Shown here: piece by piece, positions 53,370 through 64,000 of the stretch
How the letters are laid out: each line of letters starts with the position of its first letter
How positions within the stretch are numbered: position 1 is the first letter of the stretch
Assembly: GCF_006345805.1 (NCBI RefSeq)
Contig: NC_043010.1
Location: forward strand, 21,700,001-21,764,000
Direction: 5' to 3'
Source: Octopus sinensis
Lineage: Eukaryota
Length of the DNA: 64,000 nt
Notes under the pieces: generated by a model
What the model was told of the DNA's origin: nothing
Database searches by the model: none
The model's input: only the letters and a program-made list of their open reading frames with translations
Translations under genes and position numbers: made by a program

Positions 53370-53617
53370 CTCTATCCTGATTACAAGTTCAGGTTTATAC
53401 CTGTAATTATTGGGGCATTGGGATATGTAACACACTGCCTAAATACCAATCTTGAGAAATTATGCTTCTCAAAACAAGAAAGGAGAAAGCTAATTCAAAG
53501 ACTGTATGTCCAATCCATGACTGGAACTGTAAAAGTCTGTAAAACCTTCCAGAAGTTTAACATTTAAGTATATATGAGCAAGTCTAGATATGCAACTATA
53601 TGCATGAGAAGACATAA
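53370..53617 (+). mobile_element. R4/Dong-like RLE LINE, extreme 3' end, between TACA arrays
   Basis: 53370-53567 translates LYPDYKFRFIPVIIGALGYV...GTVKVCKTFQKFNI*, homologous to the 26407-27166 C-terminus. A short 3' UTR follows, then (TACA)n. Confidence 0.85.
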
Positions 53618-53664
53618 TACATACATACATACATACATATATACATACATACATACATACATAC

Positions 53665-54030
53665 AAACAAAAGTATCTACAGTCATAGAGGTCAGCTGTC
53701 CTGTTGATGTGAATGCGTCTTTGAAAATCAAAGAGAAAGACGATTACTATCGACAACTGATTCGAAACCTCCAGCTTCTGGAATACGAATTTACATTCAT
53801 ACAAAATATTGGAGCTCTTGGTTTTGTAAGTGAATGCCTAGCCGTCTCTCTGAATAAGCTTGGATTTTCAGAAAACGAAATCAACCAAATGACTCACACA
53901 CTGCAAATACAATTTGTAAACGGAGCAGTAAAACTATGCAAGACTTTTTTTCAGGTTTAAAATGTAAAGTTGCTTTCGTTATCTGTAACTTTTCTGTAGC
54001 GTTTTGTAGTGCAGTGTATATATCAACATA
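53665..54030 (+). mobile_element. Second, distinct R4/Dong-like RLE LINE 3' fragment starting directly after (TACA)n
   Basis: KVSTVIEVSCPVDVN...KIKEKDDYYRQLIRNLQLL...IGALGFV...GAVKLCKTFFQV* (stop at 53960). The 3' UTR end is approximate. Confidence 0.85.
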
Positions 54031-54181
54031 AAATGCGAATTCATATTTGTATATGGTTTGCAAGCTTCGTTATGTGAATTTGTTTGTTGAAAGAAATTTT
54101 GTAGTGTCTAGGGAGACTCTTCACGCCAATATAATTAACATAGACACTGGTTAAATTGTACTCATTTATTAGATATCCGAC

Positions 54182-54298
54182 TTTTTTGTCAAAGTTACTT
54201 CGTTGCTTTTTTACTACCATTTTGCAATCGATAGTCACTGAGTCACTGACTCACTGAGAAAGTTGCAAAAAAGCAACGAAAGAGCTTTGACAAAAAAA
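54182..54298. repeat. ~117-bp hairpin/mini-MITE with ~30-bp inverted ends and an internal (cactgagt)-like triplet
   Basis: ttttttgtcaaag..ttcgttgcttttt against aaaaagcaacgaa..ctttgacaaaaaa. Confidence 0.65.
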
Positions 54299-55232
54299 CG
54301 GGGGAAAAATCGGATGTTTAATGAGTGGAATTGAACCAGCGTGTGTGTTAATTATATTGGTAAGATGACTCACCATAGGCACAACATAAAATGCTAAGAT
54401 CTGCTGCAAATATAAAACTTCCCATTTACTTGAGATATTGCTTCTCTTGGTATCAGGAAAACAATGTAAAATAAATTTAATGCATAATTAATTGTCTTAT
54501 AATTATATCGCAATGTCAATAGATTTTAACTTTAAACGAGGATTTCAAAAGAGAGGCTGTTATTATCTTTAGTATCTGCCATATGATGAGTAAAAATATA
54601 CTTTGTATATTATATAATAATGACTTTCTTTATGAACAGAGAAGAATTGAATTTGTCCTCAGCGTTGTATCGGCAGCCATATTTCTGCAGATAAAACAGC
54701 ATGGGTAACGAATATCAACAGCGACGGCTTCATTGCGGTCGTCGTCTCACATGTTAGTGATGTTTAACAATCTTCTTTTAAATCTTTAGCACTCACACCA
54801 GTCTGTCATGACTAGTGGTTATTTATTTACATTGTTTTGAATTAATCCAACATTATCTCGTTTCTTGAAGAATTTGATAATGTGATTCTTTATTTTTATA
54901 ATAGACATTGCAGGATAGGTGTAAGAGGTCAAATCTGGCCAGTTCAACCATATAACAGCTACAATATTTGTGAGCCGGATACAGTTAAAGGTTCAAATCG
55001 CACCCATCTTATTCGTAAATATGATGACTACAACGAATCTTGTATTTACTGACATTTATAAATACCATATTGTCACAGCTGCAACACATTTTTTCATTGT
55101 TCTGCAGCATCAGAAGGCAATATCGGCTAAGTATTTTATATTCTAGATGGTGGCTCAACGAAACATGTGTTTTTACTTGCGATATAGAATCATTTGTGAC
55201 TAAAGAATATAACATTTGTTTTAAAGAGTATA

Positions 55233-56456
55233 CGTGGTCTGATAGATAAGTATCTGGACTATTGCCATAGTAACGAAGCTAAAGCAAGCAGAGTGAAACC
55301 GCTTCACACAGATTGCGCTTGAACTCCGCTGTGCATGCGCACTAAGTTTTTAACGTTCTAGCTCACGTCCGCTGTTTACAGAAGTGCTTGGAAGGAAGGT
55401 GTGTAGCGTGTGATCGTCGCATTGACCATGACAGAGAAAGTTGAGCAGAGAATCTGTATCAATTTTTGCCAAAAGCTTGGTGATACCTGCAGAAAGTGTA
55501 TAGAAAGGATTGTATGAATGTTTCAGGTGTTTGCAAGATGGTCGCAAAATTTCGATAGTGACGAACGTTCTGGAAGGCCTGCTACCAGCAGAACTGAGAA
55601 AAACATCGCAAATGTACGTACAGCTGTGGGGGTAAATCATCGAATAACCACCCGTCAGTTATTATTGAAGTACAGATTAGTTACGGTTCAGTCCAGTCCA
55701 TTATCATTGAAGATTTGTGTATGAGACGCGTATCTACCGAATTTGTGACAAAACTGCTTTCAGCTGACCAAAAAGCCACTCGGGTTTCAGTTGCACAAGA
55801 TCTCCTTGACTAAGTCGAGAATAATGAAAACTGTTTGAAAACGGTCAAATCGGGTGATGAATCGTGGGTCGATGTCTATGATCCGGACACAAAGGCTCAG
55901 TCTTCGCAGTGGAAGACCCCAACGTCTCGAGACCGTAGAATGCACGAATGAATCGAAGCAATATGAAGACACTGTTGACTGTTTTCTTCAACTACAAAGG
56001 GAATGTTCATCGTGAGTGTGCTCCTCCTGGTCAGACAGGGAAGAAGTGCTACTGTGACATTTTGCAGCGTTTGCGGGTTGCTATTCAACGGAAAAAGCCG
56101 CAACCGGCGCATGCGTCCCGTGAGTGTCAATTGCATCGTGACAACGCATCTGCCTATTCAGCAAGCTTGTAGAGAATTTTATAGCTAGGCACAGCATTCT
56201 CCATGAACGAAAGGCGCCGTGTTCCTCACATCTCATCTCTTTCTAATTTTTCCTCTTACCAAAAATCAATGCGACGATCACGCGCTACACACCTTCCTTC
56301 TGAGCACTGCTATAAACAGGGAAGTGAGCTAGAACATTAAAACTTAGTGCACATGGAGAGCAGAGTGCAAGGTCAATCTGTGCCAAGCACCTTCACGCTG
56401 CATATTTTAGCTTTCATACTATGGCAACAATCCGGATACTTATTGATCAGCCCACG
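55233..56456 (+). mobile_element. Mariner element with ~190-bp inverted ends and TA target duplications
   Basis: TA|cgtggtctgat... at 55231 and ...atcagcccacg|TA at 56458. 55233-55425 is the reverse complement of 56266-56456, roughly 80% identical by eye. Confidence 0.9.
55428..56265 (+). pseudogene. Mariner (DD34D-type) transposase pseudogene, C-terminally truncated
   Basis: MTEKVEQRICINFCQKLG..., DERSGRP, SGDESWV..YDPDTKAQSSQWK, KTLLTVFFNYKG, LHRDNA, then ...FFLLPKI where the sequence switches to the inverted left end. Multiple frameshifts and stops. Confidence 0.9.
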
Positions 56457-57262
56457 TATTGTATGATATACAGCAAGCAACTGCTTCCCTTTTTACTGTA
56501 TTGTAGTTTGTAGCTGAACTGATCACTTAATTTCACTGAGAGTTAATTGAAATTAGTGAATAAAACGAATAGGTGTTTTAACTTTAATCGGAATATATTA
56601 CAATTTGAGATTCCACAGATATCTATTGCAGTTAATGATCCCACAAGACGTTTTTACTCATAGAGAATTGCAATTTGTGACTAAAACAACAACAGTTTTA
56701 GGACAGCCAAAACATTTGTTCTAACTAAGTTTTATATTGTAGTTTCTTATATGCACATTCAGCTGGAATCTTTTGTCAATCTACATCCGCAGGAACAGCA
56801 TGATTGTGGAGAAAATAGTACAAGTTTCTGAATTGAAATATTTGGCCAAAAATGTATTTTAGCGATAACTATTGCGTGGACGTGTATACATTTTGTGATA
56901 GCAATCTTATGTTTAAAATTTGCATCAAATACATGTTTAGATTCTATGAAATGTCCCACATTCAAAGTGTATGAGCATACAAGTCGTGGGCTGGCGAAAT
57001 AATTCACCTCCGATCCTGATCGGTTATGTAATATTGGCAAGCAACAAAGCTGGCGAAACATCGAGGCCCATCACTCTTCGACTGGATTGACCGTGAACTA
57101 TCTGACCTGTCTTTGACTCAAAGATGTTTCAACACCCAACGCTTTGGGCGAGTACGCTCCACCACATCCATAGCAACCTAACGACAAATACACGGGAGAT
57201 GGGTGTTAAGTATATGTATTTGATGATATATATATGCATACATACGTACACACACACACATG

Positions 57263-57353
<91 letters not shown>

Positions 57354-57438
57354 AAATGGTAATGACATAAGTTATTATTACCTGTGGCCTAGCACAAAAG
57401 ACGAATTAGTCATTAGACAATATATTTTTCGTATAGAA

Positions 57439-57879
57439 ATATAATAAAGCTCCCAAATAAGGAAGCAAGTGCTAGAAACACAAATAGGGATAAATTCATC
57501 AAAGGAATGAAAATCAAAAACATTTACCAATTACCCTTTTTATGTTTACATATTACTTGATAAATTTGTTCGTAAATTTTTTTACCGGCATGCTCTCGGC
57601 CGCCGGGTATGTTTTGCGTCTGCACGGAGGTTTGGAAAGTTAAGATTTACAAACCGTTAGAGCTACACGTGCTCTTACGCTCTGTGCATCTATGATTTAG
57701 AAGGCTACCCACTGACGAACCTTGCCTGGGCAAACATATTCTGTATGTTTTGCTAGAAAGAGGTAGAAACAGATCAGTCTGGGAAACATCTATATTGGTA
57801 AATGTTTTTGATTTTCATTCCTTTGATGAATTTATCCCTCTTTGTGTTTCTAGCACTTGCTTCCTTATTTGGGAGCCTT

Positions 57880-57887
<8 letters not shown>
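57439..57887. mobile_element. (TA)n-abutting element with ~93-bp inverted arms (2 differences) around a 262-bp core
   Basis: 57439-57531 against 57794-57887. Confidence 0.8.
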
Positions 57888-57937
<50 letters not shown>

Positions 57938-57971
57938 CATATATACATACATATATACATACATATATATA

Positions 57972-58025
<54 letters not shown>

Positions 58026-58564
58026 AGCACATATACTTAACGCACATACTTCGTGTACTTGTCGGTAGGATGCCAATGACGTGATGGAATATATATATAT
58101 ATATATATATATTGCTTTGTCCCTCTCCCCCTCTCTCACATTTCTTGGTTCTCTCTTTCTTTACTCCCACTCGTTTATCTCCCCTGCACCTTTCCCTTTG
58201 TCTCTGATTTTTTCTAATCTTCCGATCCCGCGGTCCCTTACCCATTTCTCCTCCTTCTACGTCACCGGTATCCGTCCAGCCATGATCTTTCTTTCTTGGC
58301 CTGACTGCCGACCGTCAACACGTCTTGTGTCCATTTCCCATGTTCCTACCTTTAGGCCTTCACTCCATACACGCCAGTTCAATTTGAATCGATCTCAGTC
58401 AAAAGACACCTGTTGTTATTTCTCGTTGTTGTATTCTTAATTATGTACCATGTTCGTGTTTTGGTTGATTTTTTTCATCTTTGTTGCCGTACACATTCGC
58501 TACCTTTCTTACAAAGAGGCCTAATGCTCATAGCTTAGACTTTGCGTGTGTATGCGTGTGTGAA

Positions 58565-58614
<50 letters not shown>

Positions 58615-59069
58615 CGCGCGCGTTCATGTCAAAGAGTCTATACCCATCGTTCTTAATCGAATTTCTTCTCTGTCATTTAATATCTAGATTTACGTTATAT
58701 ATTCACGGTCAACCATCGCCCGCCCCACCTGCCGGTACAATCCCCATACATATCCTACGCTCTGATAAGTGTACGAATGTACAATTAGCCAGGCAACATG
58801 CCAAGGAGATCTCAGTAAATCTAGTGCGATATATCTTGTCCTACACCAAGTGACACAGCCTGGACTGACTGATGCAACGCAACCAGATGCACAATATCCT
58901 ACCCTTATGGGACAGATTCGTACCAAATCTATCGTCCCTTTCATTTATTAATCATAATAATGAAGTAGATCCAGTGTAGATTATATTGTTACTGTGGATG
59001 ACATCAGGTAGCCCAAACGGTGAATGAGCTTTAATCGACATACTAATAGACATATGCTCGAAGCCTAAG

Positions 59070-59136
<67 letters not shown>

Positions 59137-59167
59137 ATATGTATGTATGTATGTATGTATATACATA

Positions 59168-60275
59168 TTGTTGTTGACATCCTTTTTGTCTCGGGAGACA
59201 ATGGAGTTGCGCATAAAATAATCTAGTCCGGCTTTTACATTTCATGTCCTAATAATCTGCTGCTGTGGCTGTGTAGTCCTATACTGGATAAACACTCCCT
59301 CTGGCAAGTGCCGCAAATGTAGCGAAGACTTTGCCTGGCTGGTTGTAATGTCATAGTTTCTTGTTGACGTCTTTTCATATCGTTCCATTTCTCCTATCTC
59401 TCTATGTCACGCCTTTGTGTTCCCTCTTTTACGGTACGTCGCCAATCTCCACGGTTGCTGGCAACTGCTTCCCAGTTGCTAATATTGATGTCGCAGGCCT
59501 TCATATCCCTTTTGCAAACATCGTTGTATCGTAAGGACTGTCTTCCCACAGACCTAGTGCCCCCAGCAAGCTCTCCGTAGAGTATGTCCTTGGGGATTCT
59601 GCCATCTGCCATACGGCTAACATGTCCAAGCCATCTCATACGGCTTTGTGTGAGGAGTGCAAACATGCTTGGTATTCCTGCTTGCTTGAGGATATCTTTG
59701 TTGGGGACATGATTCTGCCATTTGCTGCTAAAGATTTTCCGGAGGTAGCGCAGATGTAAGATATTTAGGCGACGCTCTTCGCGTGTGTATGGCGTCCAAG
59801 TCTCACTTCCATACAGTGAGATATCAGGTGATGGAGTGTTTCTGCACAGTTGAAATGACGGGAAACTGTTCGATCTCACGCGTCTGCATGCCAAGACCAA
59901 AATTAGAAGCGTCCTGATCAAGGAGATGCTATTTGCTGATGATGCCGCTCTGGTATCACACCCAGAAGAAGCCCTACAAAGACTCATCAACTGTTTTGAG
60001 CAAGTATGTAGCAAATTTGGCTTAGTTATCAGCCTCAAGAGGACCAACATCATGGGTCAGGCTACATCAAACATCACAAACATACATATTGGAGACCATA
60101 GACTACAGGTGGTGGAGAAGTTTCTCTATCCTGGCTCTATCATCACCTACAACCTATCCCTTGATGTCGAGCTCAATATTCGCATCGGCAAGGCAGCTGC
60201 AGTGATGAGCGAACTCTTCAAACGGGCATGGGACAACAATAAGCTAAATAGAACTAGGCATGTGTACTTAGCAAA
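59168..60275 (-). mobile_element. RTE (BovB-like) LINE fragment with an inverted 5' segment
   Basis: Minus strand 59820-59168: LYGSETWT...RWLGHVSRMADGRIPKDILYGEL...(caa)n tail. Plus strand ~59826-60275: RT motifs EMLFADDAAL...KFLYPGS...RIGKAAAVM...WDNNKL. Confidence 0.92.
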
Positions 60276-60310
60276 CTGCTGTATATATATGTATATATAT
60301 ATATATACAC

Positions 60311-60342
<32 letters not shown>

Positions 60343-61112
60343 ATTTATATAAATGTATGTGTGTGTGTATGTGTATGTATATATATGTGCTTGTGCATAC
60401 ATATATTGGTCTGTCTGTCTCTAAATATATATATATACATATATATATGTAGAAAAATAGATAAATAAACGGTTAGATAAATGCACAGAGGGAGAGAGAG
60501 AACGAGAGAGTGGAGAGAGAGCGAGTAAGAGAGTGTGAAAGTGTGATAGATGATAGGAAACGGAGACGGAGTGATAGATAAAAGGAAAGAAAGAAGGAAA
60601 GAGAAATTCACAGATGGTGGCGAAATGTATGATAGAGTGCTTTGTTTCGTCGTCTTGCAAATACATACAAAGCTGCGATACTTGTTCATAATTATGTGAT
60701 AAAGTTATAAAGATGTCTTAGAATACAATGAACTAAAATATGTTTCTGCGCATTAAGTTAAATCTAAAGCAAAATGAAAATGAGTGTATTGAAATCAAGA
60801 ATCGATAAACCAGTTAGAACAATTATATTTGTGACAGCTAGCAGCATTATGATTCTTATATAAGGACATGGAATATTGGCTTCGGAAACCTACACGAAGA
60901 ATCTCTGAGATCTAAGTTACATCAGGTCAGATGCCTTCTACAAGAAATCCACAAAGAAGTTCGAGGAGGTAATTAATATTGTTTGCAGATACATATGGAT
61001 ACACACACACACGCACACATACACACACGCACGTAGAGACTTACGGTTACGCGTACACGTATATATATGTATATATGTGTGCATGTATACTATCTTTTAA
61101 AAGGAACAAGTT

Positions 61113-61155
61113 GGTAGAGACTTCGAAGTTTCGGCTCGCACCCTTCATCAAACAG
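61113..61155 (-). ncRNA. Hammerhead-like motif of Penelope type with degenerate stem I
   Basis: UUGAUGA-A-GG(GUGCGAG)CC-GAA-ACUUCGAAGU-C. Perfect 10-nt palindromic stem III and a GUC triplet. C3U variant; stem I does not pair. Confidence 0.45.
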
Positions 61156-62149
61156 TCCGGTAAAAGCAAAGAAAGCGGCTCTGTCAGGCCTTCACTTTGT
61201 ACATCACAAAAAAGAAAAGTGTTGAGGAATTTCCAACTTAATCGTGTGCCTTTCATGCGCTGTATATATATGAGGTGACATGAATATCTTCCTTCTTTGA
61301 TTTTCCCTCTTCCATCTTTCTTAGTATATGTTTTGACCCCTAATATGTTCACTTGATTAATAAGGCCTTTTCCCCCAGTTAATAAGTACTATGCCTACTC
61401 ATAATAAGTGATAGTCTCTTTCTCCAAATTTGAATAAATTTTAGATTTATATTTTTTCCTTTATTCTAACGTGTCAAAGTACTTGGAACTTATAGACCAA
61501 CTGTTGTGTTGATATGCATAGGATTTGTAAGGTCTCTGCATTCTCTGTGAATGTTATTGTGACCATTTGACTTTGACCTAGTTCTCCTAACGCTGAATCT
61601 ATTCATCAAATAGTAGTAATTGGCATTTAGTTGTGACAATGCTGTCTTCTACATAAATTCCTTATATGGAGCTATGACATCTCCTTTACCCCATTTCTAT
61701 AATTAGAAAATCTTTATTGTCTCTTTTCATTTGTTCTTCCCTCTCAGAACTTTACAGTAGTCTGAAACAACTGAATCTTAGTCAGTCAGTTGATGGGCCC
61801 CACCACCTCAAATGTTCTTAAAATTTAAATCCACATCTTTGTTTATGTATCTACCTTCTCTATAATGTTGCCACTTGATATGAACATTTTTGTATTAATA
61901 GAAAACCTCTATAATTGGCTGATGAGTGCTCAGCATTTTAAAACTGCTGTAATACTTACAACATTTAATAAAATGATGTAGTGAGAAACGATCATACCAA
62001 ATTACCGGAGTCATTATTGTTGCTTATTTTGATTATAATCACCCCACGGATTTTTATGGACAACACCATACAGAATGCTGGTGCATCTAAATTAAGTACC
62101 ATATTCATTTGAATCTAAATTTTTGCTGAACTTACATATATATATATAT

Positions 62150-62563
62150 TACTCTTTACTCATTTTACTTGTTTCAGTCATTTGACTGCGGCCATGCTGG
62201 AGCACCGCCTTTAATCGAGCAACTCGACCCCGGGACTTATTCTTTTTGTAAGCCCAGTACTTATTCTATCGGTCTCTTTTGCCGAACCGCTAGGTAACGG
62301 GGACATAAACACACCAGCATCGGTTGTCAAGCAATGCCAGGGGGACAAACACAGACACACAAACATACACACATACATATACATATATATACATATATAC
62401 GACAGGCTTCTTTCAGTTTCCGTCTACCAAATCCACTCACAAGGCATTGGTCGGCCCGAGGCTATAGCAGAAGACACTTGCCCAAGAGGCCACGCAGTGG
62501 GACTGAACCCGGAACCATGTGGCTGGTTAGCAAGCTACTTACCACACAGCCACTCCTGCGCCT
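62150..62563 (-). mobile_element. SINE family B, full-length reference copy with internal (TA/CA)n
   Basis: Head ggcgcaggagtggctgtgtggtaag...gggttcagtccc (A- and B-box-like) and tail ggcggtgctccagcatggccgcagtcaaatgactgaaacaagtaaa. Confidence 0.92.
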
Positions 62564-62595
62564 ATATATGTATACATGTATTATATATGTATATG

Positions 62596-62626
<31 letters not shown>

Positions 62627-62872
62627 ATATCGAAACGTTTAGTAGATGAAATCTTAGCGACTGAAGAAGGGGATTTTTCATTGTGCTTATTGTCCTGTAT
62701 CTCTCCCTTTTTTTTGCTTGTCTTGTTCCTTGGTTTGTGTCTATGTGTTTCGTCTCTCTATGTGTTCGACGTCTTTTTGGTGTCCTGTACACATATATGC
62801 GTGTATATGTACATGTAGAGGTAGGTACGTACATATATGTTTATATATATGCATATATTCTATTTTATTAAC

Positions 62873-62907
<35 letters not shown>

Positions 62908-63169
62908 TGTGTGTGTGTGTGTGTGTAAATGAAGTTAGTGAAAAAGTAGAAAGGTTGAAAGTATGGCTGAGATGTCTACTAAGCGTAAAGTTGTTGTTAA
63001 CAGAAACGAATTATTAATTTGAGATGCGTGCGAGAGGAGAAGCGATTTGTTAAGGAAGTTCGGGAAAAGAGATAGAGAAAAAAAAAACAAATCTGAAAGT
63101 AGTATTATGCACCTATACTTTGATTTTGGTTTTAATATCATATACCAATCGTTACCCCATCAGCGGCGT

Positions 63170-63320
63170 GTCTTCAGACTTTATGTCCGGAGTACAACCC
63201 CAGCTTGTGTCGACTCTGCAGTTCATCCTTTCGTTATCGATAAAATATATACCAGTTGAGTCTATGTAATCGACTTATTCTCTTCTCCGAAATTGCTGGC
63301 CTTGTGAAAAAATTTGAAAG
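63170..63320 (+). mobile_element. Family A-related SINE body and tail, old
   Basis: gtcgactctgcagttcatcctttcgttatcgataaaat...accagttgag...aatcgactt. Confidence 0.55.
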
Positions 63321-64000
63321 CAATATCATACATTTATTCTAATGCAACTGTATTGTTTGTTTGTCTTTTCTAATTTTAGAAATTAGTCGCAGTTGTGGAT
63401 ATTTATGCCAACAAAGAGCACATAGTGGGACCGCTCGAAGCTATCAATCGTGTTATAATGAGATTTGTAATCCAACAAATTCTCCATAGTCGTAATTGTT
63501 GATCACATGCTGAATTAAAAAAATGCAAAAATATTGCTCTAAATGTAATAATTTGAAACAGCAGGAAATTGGCAATGGTATTGTTACTTAACCTGTCTGC
63601 GGCTCGTGTCTCGTCACATTGGCTTTTGGGCTCTACTCTGTATAAGATCCACGATATATTTTGCAGATTAAAATGATGCATCTAGTTTAATTATAATTTA
63701 TATGCCGTTACTTATTTATGAAATAAAACCGAATTGACGTTGAGTACCTCGCTATGTTGCAGCTAATTTGAACAGAAAAGATGGAATAAAACAAGATTTT
63801 CATTGGATTGAAATTTCTGACTTTAGGGATGACCTTGAATTTCTAAAGTAATTCTTTTAGAGACAGAATGACAGTAAATCCCTCAAATTATATTTTCTTC
63901 GGTCATTTTACTCCTTCTCTTTGAAGATTAATGCATTCCTTTGGTGCATAAAACAAAAAACAAATTTAATTTTGATAAGTTGGTGGAATCCTCAGCACGC

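Noticed and set aside
54620-54760. YY1-like GCCATATTT motif and possible AG/GT exon boundaries
   Set aside because: All plus frames close quickly, and a single short motif is not enough to call a promoter or exon.
63380-63681. Short open frames near the window end (VAVVDIYANKEHIVGPLEA...)
   Set aside because: Short, interrupted and without a recognisable family motif.

Overview
Eukaryotic, AT-rich, non-genic (intergenic or deep intronic) DNA, saturated with microsatellites and transposon debris. The SINE families and microsatellite load look like a coleoid cephalopod, most likely Octopus; this is inferred from recalled repeat families, with no database search. I found no host protein-coding gene that I can support. 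Nearly all ORFs in the supplied track are translated microsatellites, and the few real ones are decayed transposon proteins. Recognisable content: many tRNA-derived SINEs of 4-5 families; two RTE-clade LINE fragments, one with a twin-priming-type 5' inversion; four R4/Dong-like (RLE) LINE fragments abutting (TACA)n or (AAC/AAT)n arrays; a decayed hAT transposase inserted in a SINE; a DD37D Tc1/mariner remnant; a mariner with ~190-bp inverted ends; Helitron termini; and several MITE/foldback elements, including a ~99% identical 428-bp-arm palindrome. The most interesting signals are (1) minimal type-I hammerhead-ribozyme motifs in (TA)n-embedded Penelope-like fragments, as an inverted pair (31417-31557) and a 231-bp tandem, retrozyme-like pair (43616-43879), and (2) RLE LINEs that appear to target (TACA)n. 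Three near-perfect tandem duplications with breakpoints in microsatellites may be real or assembly artefacts. Coordinates were counted by hand and fuzzy boundaries are approximate.
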